Positions 1 to 8,213 of a DNA stretch of 64,000 nt are shown one piece after another. Origin of the DNA: Patescibacteria group bacterium (lineage in GTDB: Bacteria > Patescibacteriota > Patescibacteriia > 2-12-FULL-60-25). The notes below the pieces were generated by a model, which had not been told where the DNA came from, ran no database searches, and saw only the letters and a program-made list of their open reading frames with translations. The stretch is taken from NCBI GenBank assembly GCA_041650955.1, contig JBAZKG010000003.1, forward strand, positions 42,766 through 106,765. The letters are read 5' to 3'. Position 1 is the stretch's first letter; the number at the start of each line of letters is the position of its first letter. Made by a program: the position numbers and the translations under genes.

Positions 1-353
1 GCGAACAGATCATCCAGCGTCGGAATAACGAGCGGGATATAGCGGGCGGCAAGCGCTGGATTTCCGCGCTCCCAAAAAACATTCAAGCGGTATCGTCCGC
101 CGTCGGGCATGGCAAGAGAGCAGTCCAGTTCGCGTTCCGTTTGAAATCGCTTCCGCTGTTCTTCTGATAAGATTTCATCGATGTTTTTTTGCAATTTCGC
201 TTCCGTAAATACGGGCAAATCATCCTGCGGTATCAGCTCTCCGTTGATCCGAAAGATCGGAGGCCGTCCAACCATGCAGTGCGCATCGGATGCATGCATC
301 TCTGCCGCTTTTTGCAACATCGCATGAAGCTCAGTTTGTTTCGTAATTTGCAT
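1..353 (-). CDS. pilT: Type IV pilus retraction ATPase PilT/PilU family, N-terminal ~117 codons (gene continues beyond the left edge)
   Basis: Not in the ORF track because no stop lies in the window. My translation of the minus strand from ATG at 353-351 gives MQITKQTELHAMLQKAAEMHASDAHCMVGRPPIFRINGELIP...GRYRLNVFWERGNPALAARYIPLVIPTLDDL. This fits the conserved PilT N-domain pattern (ASD.H...G.PP..R..G; RFR.N.F..RG). Confidence 0.75.
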   Translation of the reverse strand, partial: MQITKQTELHAMLQKAAEMHASDAHCMVGRPPIFRINGELIPQDDLPVFTEAKLQKNIDEILSEEQRKRFQTERELDCSLAMPDGGRYRLNVFWERGNPALAARYIPLVIPTLDDLF

Positions 354-375
354 ATCGATAGAGATATGGTAGCAC

Positions 376-486
376 GAAGAAGGTCTGTAGGTCAGTAGGA
401 CAGTATGACTGTAGGTTTCTTTTACTGATGACATCAGGAAGAGCGACCTACAGTCATACAGTCCTACAATCCTACAGACCTTCTTC
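376..486. repeat. Periodic palindromic element (PPE), family A (8-nt unit ~CTGTAGGN)
   Basis: Left arm GAAGAAGGTCTGTAGGTCAGTAGGACAGTATGACTGTAGGT pairs with right arm ACCTACAGTCATACAGTCCTACAATCCTACAGACCTTCTTC. The loop holds the mini-palindrome CTGATGACATCAG. A homologous copy, loop included, is at 28822-28928. Confidence 0.9.
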
Positions 487-585
487 CAAACGCCGCTCAA
501 CCAAGCAAAATGATCCGTAATTGTTGAACATATTTGCATAACGGAGTATCCTGCAAGTGCTTTCTTACGAACCATAGGACGCCCT

Positions 586-906
586 ATGAACAAAGCTGAA
601 CTTATTACGCATATCGCCGACGAAGTCGGCGTCACAAAGAAACAAGCCGAAGACATGGTCGAGGCTTTTGTCAAAATTGTGACAGATTCTCTCTGCAAAG
701 GAGGGGAAGTCACGATCGCCGGTTTTGGTGCATTCATGTCCAAGCAGCGTAAAGGCCGCATGGGCGTTAATCCGCAAAATCCGACAGAGAAGATGCCCAT
801 CCCTTCTGTCGTGGTCGCCAAATTCAAAGCCGGTAAAAATTTAAAAGAAGCGCTGAAGGCGAAAACGCCTGCGCCAGCGCCTGCGCTGGAAGCGCAAGCG
901 GCATAA
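586..906 (+). CDS. hup: HU/IHF-family nucleoid DNA-binding protein with short Ala/Pro-rich C-terminal tail
   Basis: MNKAELITHIADEVGVTKKQAEDMVEAFVKIV...GFGAF..KQRKGRMGVNPQNPTEKMPIPSVVVAKFKAGKNLKEAL is the canonical HU signature. An intrinsic terminator follows. Confidence 0.95.
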   Translation: MNKAELITHIADEVGVTKKQAEDMVEAFVKIVTDSLCKGGEVTIAGFGAFMSKQRKGRMGVNPQNPTEKMPIPSVVVAKFKAGKNLKEALKAKTPAPAPALEAQAA

Positions 907-911
907 AAAAT

Positions 912-940
912 ACCCTCGAGTTGAATCGAGGGTGTTTTTT
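912..940 (+). terminator. Intrinsic terminator of hup
   Basis: ACCCTCGA-GTTGAA-TCGAGGGT stem-loop followed by GTTTTTT. Confidence 0.85.
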
Positions 941-947
941 ATGTTGA

Positions 948-1016
948 AGTCGGTGAGTCGGAAGTCGATGAGTCGGTCAGAGTACTGATCGACTCACCGA
1001 CTTCCGACTCACCGAC
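948..1016. repeat. PPE, family B (8-nt unit ~AGTCGGTG)
   Basis: AGTCGGTGAGTCGGAAGTCGATGAGTCGGTCAG / loop AGTA / CTGATCGACTCACCGACTTCCGACTCACCGACT. It lies between the hup terminator and the rny stop codon. Confidence 0.9.
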
Positions 1017-1020
1017 TCTC

Positions 1021-2544
1021 TTAACGCGCGTATTCCACCACCCTTTTCTCTCGAATAAGCGTGATCCGAATTTCTCCCGGGTATTTCAATTCCTGTTCCA
1101 ATTTTGCGGCAATGTCGCGCGCAAGTTTTTCTGCCTGTAAGTCGTCGATATTCGCTGGATTCACAAAGACGCGAACTTCGCGGCCAGCTTGAATGGCATA
1201 TGAACGTTCAATGCCTTCAAAGCTGTTTACAACTTTTTCCAAATCTTCCAAACGCTTGATGTATTGTTCGTAGGAATCCTTGCGCGCACCCGGACGGGCT
1301 CCGCTGATTGCGTCTGCGGCTTTCACAATGACCGCTTCAATGGTCCGCGGCTTGTCTTCATGATGCCCGATGCTCTGATAGGCGATTTCTTCCGGCAAGC
1401 CGAATTTTTTCATGATTTGATACCCAAGCTCCGGATGCCCACCTTGCATGTCATGATCAACGGCTTTGCCGATATCATGGAACAGTCCGCCAATCTTGCA
1501 GACTTTTACATCTGCACCAAGCTGTTCGCCGAGTGCGATGGATAATCGTGCGACTTCCATGGAATGGAGAAGCGCGTTTTGGCCATAGCTCGTTCGGAAT
1601 TTCATCCGGCCGAGAATCTGAATGAGCTTCGGATCGATTTCCGCTGTTGAAATTCCAATTTCATACAGCGCGTCTTCTCCGGCCTTTTTCATTTCAACGG
1701 CAAGTTCGCGCTTGGATTCGGCAATGGTTTCCTCAATGCGCCCCGGATGGATGCGTCCGTCAGCAATAAGTTTTTCAAGCGAGCGTTTTGCGATCTGGCG
1801 GCGAATCGGACTGAATCCGCTGATGGTAATCATCCCCGGTGTTTCATCAACGATCAACTCACACCCAGTCAGCATTTCGATGGACTTGATATTGCGTCCC
1901 TCGCGACCGATTACGCGTCCCTTCATGTCGTTGCTTGGAAGTTCGACGTAGGATGTCGTCGTCTCGTGCACATGGCTTGCGGCCTGGCGCTGAATGGCGA
2001 CCGCGAGGATATTGCTCGCCTTGCGATCGATTTCATCCTGCGACTGTTCATCTAATTTCCGAATACGCGAAACGATCGTATCGTGATTTTGGTCTTCGAC
2101 CAATTTCATGATACGCGCAGACGCTTCTTCTTTTGTGAGCTGGCTGATTTCCTGAATGCGTGTTAATTCCTCGTTCTTTAAGGCGTCAGTCTCTGCTCGT
2201 GTTTTTTCGATGCGTTTGGCATCTTCATCAAGCTTTTCTTTTTGGGACTCGATATCAAGGAGCTTGTTTGCGAAAAGTTTTTCGCGCTCATTCAGCTCGC
2301 CTCGCTGTCCCTGAAGCTCGTCAAGCATCTTCTTTTGGTCGACTCGCGCTTCCTCCAGAATATGGATGGCTTTGTCCTTTGCGCGAATGAGCACATCCTG
2401 CTCTTTTTCTTCCGCGGCTTTAATAATGTGCACGGCTTTCGCCTCTGCACTGTTTACATTCGACTTGCCTTTCGCGTCACGGATAACCCATGCCACGATG
2501 GCCCCGGCCGTTGCGCCGAGTAATACATAAAAGACGGTAAGCAT
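1021..2544 (-). CDS. rny: Ribonuclease Y (N-terminal TM helix, coiled coil, KH domain, HD domain)
   Basis: 507 aa. KH motif GREGRNIKSIEMLTGCELIVDETPGMITISGFSPIRR. HD domain HSMEVARLSIALGEQLGADVKVCKIGGLFHDIGKA. Confidence 0.95.
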   Translation of the reverse strand: MLTVFYVLLGATAGAIVAWVIRDAKGKSNVNSAEAKAVHIIKAAEEKEQDVLIRAKDKAIHILEEARVDQKKMLDELQGQRGELNEREKLFANKLLDIESQKEKLDEDAKRIEKTRAETDALKNEELTRIQEISQLTKEEASARIMKLVEDQNHDTIVSRIRKLDEQSQDEIDRKASNILAVAIQRQAASHVHETTTSYVELPSNDMKGRVIGREGRNIKSIEMLTGCELIVDETPGMITISGFSPIRRQIAKRSLEKLIADGRIHPGRIEETIAESKRELAVEMKKAGEDALYEIGISTAEIDPKLIQILGRMKFRTSYGQNALLHSMEVARLSIALGEQLGADVKVCKIGGLFHDIGKAVDHDMQGGHPELGYQIMKKFGLPEEIAYQSIGHHEDKPRTIEAVIVKAADAISGARPGARKDSYEQYIKRLEDLEKVVNSFEGIERSYAIQAGREVRVFVNPANIDDLQAEKLARDIAAKLEQELKYPGEIRITLIREKRVVEYAR

Positions 2545-2748
2545 ACAATTCCCGTCTGGTCACAAAAAGGCAAACCGTTAGCGGTTTTTCGGTCTTCAGT
2601 TGAATTCACGTCAATATCCGCACAAAAACCGGTAGAAAGTCAAAAGGCGAAGGCCGATCCTCGATGAGCAAATCCATTTGCAGCCAGTCCGGGATGATCA
2701 AGATTTCTGGCTCAAGGGTACACCGGAACGGGGGAACGGTCAATAAGA

Positions 2749-2823
2749 GGGGCGTGGCGTGTGGCGTGGGGCGTGGTGAGGAAAAATTCTTCACCATGCC
2801 CTACGCCCCACGCCCTACGCCCC
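2749..2823. repeat. PPE, family C (7-nt unit ~GGGGCGT)
   Basis: GGGGCGTGGCGTGTGGCGTGGGGCGTGGTGA / loop GGAAAAATTCT / TCACCATGCCCTACGCCCCACGCCCTACGCCCC. Confidence 0.9.
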
Positions 2824-2876
2824 GTTATTTAAGAAGCCTCCACACGTATGCAGAGGCTTCGGAGGCTAGGTCAGGA

Positions 2877-3140
2877 TTACTCCTGAACGTTGGTGTTGCT
2901 GGCGACAGTGTTGTCGCTCGGACTGTTGGCTTGGCCGATTGGCTGTGCCGGACAGTTTGGCGCGGCGAACTGTTGCCGATGTTGCAGATCCACGTACCGC
3001 TGGGTCAACGTGCGGTAGTCCGTCCGCATTCGGTAGTCAGAAGCGCTGACGACCAGAAGGGTTGCAAGAAGAGCGCCGGCGGCGATGATGAGAAATGGAT
3101 TCGCACTGGTATTTTGTTGCACGGTGTTTTTTACGGACAT
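2877..3140 (-). CDS. Hypothetical small protein with one TM helix
   Basis: 87-aa ORF. Strong SD (AAAAGGAGATACG-ATG) upstream of the ATG at 3140. Hydrophobic stretch FLIIAAGALLATLLVV. No recognisable family. Confidence 0.6.
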   Translation of the reverse strand: MSVKNTVQQNTSANPFLIIAAGALLATLLVVSASDYRMRTDYRTLTQRYVDLQHRQQFAAPNCPAQPIGQANSPSDNTVASNTNVQE

Positions 3141-3264
3141 CGTATCTCCTTTTGTTGTGAGTCGATTGACTCGGTTTCATGAGTATCACGAATGGGATCC
3201 GTGACGGACTGTAGGCGTTTCCACGTTGTACATGTCCGTCGCCGATCCCCATGATGTATGGGAT

Positions 3265-3342
3265 GAGAAGTTAGAAGTTAGAATTTAGAAGTTAGAATAT
3301 GATCTCTTCTTCTAACTTCTAAATTCTAACTTCTAACTTCTC
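3265..3342. repeat. PPE, family D (7-nt unit TAGAAGT/TAGAATT)
   Basis: GAGAAGTTAGAAGTTAGAATTTAGAAGTTAGAA / loop TATGATCTCTTC / TTCTAACTTCTAAATTCTAACTTCTAACTTCTC. Confidence 0.9.
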
Positions 3343-3628
3343 TTACAATACCTCGAATAGATCATGACGTTGGTAAAACAATCGCCGCCGGAAGTGGGAA
3401 GAGGTGACGCATGATGTAATACATTACTCATGAATCCGGGCGTGGATGAGAAGCGACCGAGACCTGCCTACCGTCAGGCAGGCGATCCCAGTTGAATCAT
3501 CAACCCACAAATGCCCCCGAATCGTTTGTCCGACGGTCTGTCAGAGAACGAATGCGGTTTTTTCTCTCTCCTGCCCACGTCTGGCGGCGTTTGCTGTTCT
3601 CCCGTTATATAAGGGGAGGTTGTTGGTA

Positions 3629-3699
3629 TAGAAGTTAGAAGATAGAATTTAGAAGTGAGAGATCTTATTCTCACTTCTAAATTCTAACTTCTAACTTCT
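3629..3699. repeat. PPE, family D
   Basis: TAGAAGTTAGAAGATAGAATTTAGAAGTGAGA / GATCTTAT / TCTCACTTCTAAATTCTAACTTCTAACTTCT. Confidence 0.9.
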
Positions 3700-3798
3700 T
3701 GTTATTGTGAGGTGCAACTCAGACCACCAAGTGATTGATGAGCTGGGGTGCTGGCGGGTCGTAGAATTCGTACCCGCCGAGACGTTGCTGTTAGACGG

Positions 3799-4173
3799 TT
3801 ATTTTAAGGTGGTGAGTGCTAAGACGGTCATACTGCCAGAAAGAATCACGAGGCATACCCATAGATCATTCGCAAATTCTTTTTGCATGCTGACATACGC
3901 CAAGATCGCAATGAGTGCCACCATTGATATCCAATAGATCAATGCACGCAACCTGATGAACATGTATACCATCCAAAAACCTACCGTTTGCCACATGATA
4001 AAATCCTTTCGTGTGACGAAAACACTGCGCGGATCATTGAATGTTCCTGCGTCAGGGATCTGAGAAGGTCCGCGATCAAGACAAGCTTTGAAAGCGGGGT
4101 GGTTTGCGATTGTTTGCCGAAGCAAACGGTGCAAGCCTGGATCGAGATACGAATTGATCGAGATGCATCCCAA
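3799..4173 (-). CDS. Hypothetical membrane protein (start uncertain; a 65-aa version from ATG 3996 has the better SD)
   Basis: The ORF-track start is TTG with no SD. The internal ATG at 3996 is preceded by GAAAGGATTTTATC. The C-terminal 65 aa (MWQTVGFWMVYMFIRLRALIYWISMVALIAILAY...) contain two hydrophobic helices. Confidence 0.45.
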   Translation of the reverse strand: MGCISINSYLDPGLHRLLRQTIANHPAFKACLDRGPSQIPDAGTFNDPRSVFVTRKDFIMWQTVGFWMVYMFIRLRALIYWISMVALIAILAYVSMQKEFANDLWVCLVILSGSMTVLALTTLK

Positions 4174-4288
4174 TCGAAACGTACCCAGTGATCCGTCCGG
4201 ACCGTTCTCCCTAGGGGATGTCGGTCACGGTTTCTCTCTCCTCCTCAGGTCCCTATTCAGGAACGTCCTGTTTTATTGTGAACAAAAG

Positions 4289-4317
4289 AGCATAACACGT
4301 ATGAACGGTTTTGTCAA
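4289..4317 (-). promoter_or_regulatory. Sigma70-type promoter facing the 3799-4173 gene
   Basis: Minus strand reads TTGACA-17 nt-TATGCT (plus-strand TGTCAA at 4312-4317, AGCATA at 4289-4294). Confidence 0.6.
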
Positions 4318-4392
4318 GAGGGGTTTGCGTCAATTTTATCTAAAATGGCTTTGTTGAGGGAAAAAGTGAGAAATTGACAGGAATCCACAGAG

Positions 4393-4462
4393 TCGTAGGG
4401 GCGATCCGGCGGAATAACGAATTACCTTACAGTATCGTAGGGGCGATCCGCCGGATCGCCCT
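4393..4462. repeat. REP elements upstream of RAYT (one truncated, one complete)
   Basis: CGTAGGGGCGATCCGGCGG (truncated), then CGTAGGGGCGATCCGCCGGATCGCCCT. Both carry the conserved GTAG head typical of REPs. Confidence 0.85.
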
Positions 4463-4535
4463 AAAACGTATATATTTTCTTCGTATTTTGATTACTTGAC
4501 AGCACTTCTCATTCCATGAGACTAAATATCTATGG

Positions 4536-5102
4536 ATGAGCAAACACTTCAAGAGAAAATCGCCACGCCTGCCGACGTATACCTATTCTGAAGAAGGTTG
4601 GTATTTCGTCACGCTTTGCGTTAAAAATAGGCGTCCTATTTTTGGTCGGATTGAAAATGAGAAAATGATTTTGAGTCGAGAGGGGTATCTCGCAAAACAA
4701 GAATGGGTGAATACGTTTCACGTTCGAAAAAATCTTCGAAAAGATTCGTTTATCATAATGCCGGATCACATCCATATTATTATTCATTCGGTAGAAAATG
4801 GCGATCCGGCGGAACAGGGCGATCCGCCGGATCGCCCCTACGATACTGTCGAGTATGAGATTGGCAGAGCGCGTCGTATGATTTCTGGTTCAATTTCCGC
4901 TATCATCGGTCAATATAAATCATTGGTTACGAAACGAATCTGGCGAATGAGTAATGACAGAACGCCTATTTGGCAACGGAGTTTTTATGATCACATCATC
5001 CGAACGGAAAATGATCTTGAAAATCTTCGAGAATATATTCAATTGAATCCTGTAAATTGGCAATTGAAATGGGATCAGAGAAACCAGAATTGTTTTTATT
5101 AA
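4536..5102 (+). CDS. REP-associated tyrosine transposase (RAYT; IS200/IS605 Y1 transposase-like)
   Basis: HUH motif PDHIHIIIH. C-terminal WQRSFYDHIIRTENDLENLREYIQLNPVNW is typical of Y1_Tnp/RAYT proteins. An in-frame REP doublet encodes ENGDPAEQGDPPDRPYD between the HUH motif and the Tyr motif. Confidence 0.85.
   Translation: MSKHFKRKSPRLPTYTYSEEGWYFVTLCVKNRRPIFGRIENEKMILSREGYLAKQEWVNTFHVRKNLRKDSFIIMPDHIHIIIHSVENGDPAEQGDPPDRPYDTVEYEIGRARRMISGSISAIIGQYKSLVTKRIWRMSNDRTPIWQRSFYDHIIRTENDLENLREYIQLNPVNWQLKWDQRNQNCFY
4799..4842. repeat. REP doublet inside the RAYT coding sequence
   Basis: GGCGATCCGGCGGAACAGGGCGATCCGCCGGATCGCCCCTACG, read in frame as GDPAEQGDPPDRPY. Confidence 0.85.
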
Positions 5103-5104
5103 AA

Positions 5105-5130
5105 GGGCGATCCGGCGGATCGCCCCTACG
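5105..5130. repeat. REP element immediately after the RAYT stop (inverted orientation)
   Basis: GGGCGATCCGGCGGATCGCCCCTACG. Confidence 0.85.
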
Positions 5131-5225
5131 ATCTTGTCGAATTTTGTGGCTTAACGAAGCGTCTCGCCTCGACCGTACATACTTGATTATTAGAAATAGT
5201 AAAGATTTTTTGATTGCAAAAAACG

Positions 5226-6116
5226 TCAGGAAGCGTAGGGGCGATCCGGCGGATCGCCTTTCTTCACAATCAACTCCTCAATATTTTCAGGGTTTAATTT
5301 CTCCAACCTCTTCGCCTCCTTCACATCAAACTCGCCAATCCTCGTCCGGCGGAGCGCCGTCAAATATGCGCCGACGTGGAGGGCTTCGCCGATATCGCGG
5401 GCAAGGGATCGGATATAGGTTCCGCTGGAGCAGGAGACATCGAACGACAGCATCGGCCATTCGTATGACGTGATATGCAGATCGTAAATTTTTACATCCT
5501 TCGTCGGCAAAACAACTCCTTCCATTTTTCCTTTTCGTGCCAGTTCATACAATTTTTTTCCTCCAACCTTTTTCGCGCTAAACGCTGGCGCTGTTTGCAC
5601 GTATCCGCCGCGAAATAAATCGAGTGCTTGTTCGACGTCATCTCGCATTGGGGGGATTGCTGATTGCTGATTGCTAATTACTGATTTTGATTTTGAGGAA
5701 TGAGCAATTGGCAATTGGCAATTAGTAATTATTCCTTCTACATCATCCGTATCACTCGTTGCCCCTAACATCGCCGTCGTCTGATATGTTTTATCAAGTC
5801 CGACAAGACCCGTGAGCATCTTTGTTCCCTTATTGATCCCGACGATCAGCAATCCTGTCGCAAACGGATCCAGCGTTCCGGCATGTCCCACACGCCGCGT
5901 CTTCGCAATCCTCCGCACGCGGTCAACCACATCATGGCTCGTCATTCCGGCTGGTTTGTCGATCAGGATGAGGCCGTCAAAAGAGGTGGGTGTAGGGGCG
6001 CACGGCTGTGCGCCCATCTTCGAGTTAGGGGCGTGGGAAGACATGGATGAGAGGGTACTGCATCTTGATAAAAACCTCAAAATGGTGTATGTTCGAATTG
6101 ACGGTGAACGCTTCAA
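5226..6116 (-). CDS. truB: tRNA pseudouridine-55 synthase TruB (start probably ATG 6017 or 6044, not the TTG at 6116)
   Basis: LILIDKPAGMTSHDVVDRVRRI...VGHAGTLDPFATGLLIVG is the TruB catalytic-Asp motif. REP sequence encodes the N-terminal MGAQPCAPT and the C-terminal GDPPDRPYAS. A family-K PPE lies in frame mid-gene. Confidence 0.9.
   Translation of the reverse strand: MKRSPSIRTYTILRFLSRCSTLSSMSSHAPNSKMGAQPCAPTPTSFDGLILIDKPAGMTSHDVVDRVRRIAKTRRVGHAGTLDPFATGLLIVGINKGTKMLTGLVGLDKTYQTTAMLGATSDTDDVEGIITNCQLPIAHSSKSKSVISNQQSAIPPMRDDVEQALDLFRGGYVQTAPAFSAKKVGGKKLYELARKGKMEGVVLPTKDVKIYDLHITSYEWPMLSFDVSCSSGTYIRSLARDIGEALHVGAYLTALRRTRIGEFDVKEAKRLEKLNPENIEELIVKKGDPPDRPYAS
5234..5258. repeat. REP element overlapping the truB 3' end
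   Basis: CGTAGGGGCGATCCGGCGGATCGCC. On the minus strand it is translated as the truB C-terminus ...GDPPDRPYAS. Confidence 0.85.
5656..5731. repeat. PPE-like element, family K (ATTGCTG / GCAATTG units), in frame inside truB
   Basis: ATTGCTGATTGCTGATTGCTAATTACTGATT ... GAGCAATTGGCAATTGGCAATTAGTAATTA. The arms are only partly complementary. The element encodes ITNCQLPIAHSSKSKSVISNQQSAI within TruB. Confidence 0.7.
5991..6014. repeat. REP variant at the truB 5' end
   Basis: GTAGGGGCGCACGGCTGTGCGCCC. It has the same GTAGGGGCG head as the RAYT-flanking REPs but a different palindromic stem. Confidence 0.85.
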
Positions 6117-6131
6117 CCTATAGGAGGTTTT

Positions 6132-6701
6132 ATGGGGTCTTTGCTCATTACAAATTCAGTGATTATTGCTTCAGTTGCAATCATTCTTCGGATTCTTTTT
6201 CCGTACACGGCGAATGAAAAACTCGTAACGTATCTCGCTTTTGGATTGATCGGCCTGGTCGTTTTTCTACCACTCGCGATTTCATTTCTGCCAAGACGAT
6301 TGGGAGAGTCAAAGATATGCACGATGATACAGGAAAGGATCCCATACAGAGATTCTTTTCCTTCCGTGATGGTCATTATTGTATCGATCATCACCATTCC
6401 GGGCGTTCCTGCTGATACAGATGCGTGTATTGTCATGAGCCTCCTTGCATTGCTCATCGGACCGACGATCTATTGCATTATCACGTCTCAAAGTTATATC
6501 TGGACGGTATGCATCTTGCTCGTAAGCATTGTGACGATAGATGCGATGCTGTTGTTTCCTTCAGCGTGGTCTTGGTTGATTGCAATCGTCGGTATCCTCG
6601 TTCTCGATGTCGCTGGCAGTTGTGGTTTGTCAGAGTATTGTATCTTCTCGGACGATGATCCAATTGCATCGCTCTATGGCCCGTACGGCCCTGACGAATA
6701 A
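6132..6701 (+). CDS. Hypothetical polytopic membrane protein (first of three tandem membrane-protein genes)
   Basis: 189 aa, strong SD TAGGAGGTTTT-ATG, about 5 hydrophobic helices, no recognisable family. Confidence 0.7.
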   Translation: MGSLLITNSVIIASVAIILRILFPYTANEKLVTYLAFGLIGLVVFLPLAISFLPRRLGESKICTMIQERIPYRDSFPSVMVIIVSIITIPGVPADTDACIVMSLLALLIGPTIYCIITSQSYIWTVCILLVSIVTIDAMLLFPSAWSWLIAIVGILVLDVAGSCGLSEYCIFSDDDPIASLYGPYGPDE

Positions 6702-6841
6702 CGAAGGTTCCGTCTCGTACATACGACCTCTGTTCCCCTTGGAATGGAGGTCGTTTTCGTTTCATATCATATATATATCCTTGATCATATATATAAAATA
6801 GCGTACGCTCCAATTGTCCACGTGACAGATAGGAGGTAATT

Positions 6842-7447
6842 ATGTCGCGCTTGATCTTTCTCAATATTCTGTTTCTGTTCGTCGCAGGCGCTCTATTCAT
6901 GAGAGTGGATGTATTTGAGTTGAAATTGGATCAGATGATGGCTGAAGTCCTTGGAGGAATGGGGATACTCACACTCGTCTGCATTATTGGCGGAGTCATC
7001 TCTTTCTGGTTTTTCAATCCAGATGAAGGGATCATCGTTCCGACGATATCTCTCGCCTTTCTTTCTCTGATAAGCACGATCTTCTGGTTTGTAGCCATTG
7101 GCGATTCGCACTCGGGTTTTTTGAGGGCAATTGTCCTGATTCCATCACTGCCCATTCTTGCTTTCGTGGTAACAAGAGCCGCGACAGGCCTGCAGACGAT
7201 AGAATACAAAACACGATGGTCGTTCATTCCTTTTGCCGTTACGGCATTGGCATTCGGACCCTCCTTCCATCTCCCGTCGTACAAATGGGCTCCTTGCTGT
7301 GCCGGCATTGTTCTTCTCGCGGTCTATCGGATATGTCTTCGATACATTGATTACGAGAACATCGGATCATATTCCGCTTCACCAACGTACGTCGATTCTG
7401 ATGGAGGACCATCAGCAATTGATTACATGTCTTCGCGGGGCAGATGA
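6842..7447 (+). CDS. Hypothetical polytopic membrane protein (second of three)
   Basis: 201 aa, SD GATAGGAGGTAATT-ATG, multiple TM helices. Confidence 0.7.
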   Translation: MSRLIFLNILFLFVAGALFMRVDVFELKLDQMMAEVLGGMGILTLVCIIGGVISFWFFNPDEGIIVPTISLAFLSLISTIFWFVAIGDSHSGFLRAIVLIPSLPILAFVVTRAATGLQTIEYKTRWSFIPFAVTALAFGPSFHLPSYKWAPCCAGIVLLAVYRICLRYIDYENIGSYSASPTYVDSDGGPSAIDYMSSRGR

Positions 7448-7462
7448 TCCTTCTTTCACATA

Positions 7463-7529
7463 CGGCCTTGATTCCAATCGCGTCTAACGCGACAATCGCG
7501 TTCTACGCGACCACTTGGAATCGAGGTCG
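7463..7529 (+). terminator. Conserved 3' hairpin module (CGGCCTTGATTCCAA...TTGGAATCGAGGTCG)
   Basis: 15-bp outer stem enclosing TCGCGT..ACGCGA sub-hairpins. The same module recurs at 8214-8263 and, degenerate, at about 6750. Confidence 0.6.
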
Positions 7530-7536
7530 TTTCAGT

Positions 7537-7579
7537 TTGGCTACTAGCTACTGGCCAGAAGCCAGTAGCTAGTAGCCAA
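7537..7579. repeat. PPE, family E (short copy)
   Basis: TTGGCTACTAGCTACTGGC / CAGAA / GCCAGTAGCTAGTAGCCAA. Confidence 0.9.
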
Positions 7580-7655
7580 AAGCCCGTAATGTAGACATTC
7601 TACAAAGAATTGTGATATACATCCATTATCAGCACTGAATAAAGGGAGGTATTGC

Positions 7656-8186
7656 ATGGACCGTTTCCTCTGGAAATTTTCAATTGGTTTCTTCATGCTC
7701 ATCACGGTACTTTCGACAATCTTCGTTGCATGTTTGCGGCTCGGTTACCTTGATCGAAATGGCATGTTCTGGTTCACAGATCCCGAAGCAGAACAATTGT
7801 TATTTTATGTGATATTTTTCGGGAGCGCGTTTTCCCCCGGGTTTATGTACACGAGTCCACATCTGGGAATTCCCATTGCGACGTGTACGGCTTCAATCAT
7901 CGGATTATTCATCGCTCGCGATGTTTTTTCCGGGGTCAATCCGATCGGAACGATTGTTGTCTACGGGGGAATGTTCCTTTTCTTTTCCGCCGTTGTTGCC
8001 CCAGACGAACTCGGATGGATTATTCTTGGTTCTATTCCATTCGTCTTCCAAGCCGCTGTCATCGGGCTCACGGCAGGTGCGAATCACATCTGGCTTCCGC
8101 TCCTGGTGTATCTCTTGGTGTGTACGCTTCCTATCTTGTTGTTTTCCTACGGCTTACGATGGGATGCGAAGAAAGCGCCCGCGTGA
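7656..8186 (+). CDS. Hypothetical polytopic membrane protein (third of three)
   Basis: 176 aa, SD AAAGGGAGGTATTGC-ATG, 5-6 TM helices. Confidence 0.7.
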   Translation: MDRFLWKFSIGFFMLITVLSTIFVACLRLGYLDRNGMFWFTDPEAEQLLFYVIFFGSAFSPGFMYTSPHLGIPIATCTASIIGLFIARDVFSGVNPIGTIVVYGGMFLFFSAVVAPDELGWIILGSIPFVFQAAVIGLTAGANHIWLPLLVYLLVCTLPILLFSYGLRWDAKKAPA

Positions 8187-8213
8187 ACACGCAACGATAT
8201 TCACTCTGCCTCA

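Larger units (their letters stand above)
4393..5258. mobile_element. REPtron: RAYT transposase gene bracketed by, and containing, GTAGGGGCG-type REP palindromes
   Basis: REP copies lie at 4393-4411 (truncated), 4436-4462, 4799-4842 (doublet inside the CDS), 5105-5130 (inverted orientation) and 5234-5258. All are built on GTAGGGGCGATCC(G)CCGGATCGCC. Confidence 0.8.

Noticed and set aside
3346-3628. A 283-nt ORF-poor spacer between two family-D elements; I considered tmRNA, SRP RNA or a small gene (ORFs 3446-3631 and 3474-3674).
   Set aside because: GGGGGCATTTGTGGGTTGATGATTCAAC on the minus strand vaguely recalls a tmRNA 5' end. However, there is no T-arm or ACCA 3' end, no tag ORF and no TTGACA-type promoter, and the two ORFs read into repeat arms. 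The evidence is insufficient for any call.
4174-4288. A possible guanidine-I (ykkC) riboswitch in the leader of the 3799-4173 gene, because of CUAGGG and GGUCCG strings.
   Set aside because: The two motifs are only 5 nt apart, with no intervening P1a helix. The rest of the ykkC consensus (ACACGG..GGGA..CCCGGGAGA) is absent, and the downstream protein does not look like a Gdx/SugE exporter.
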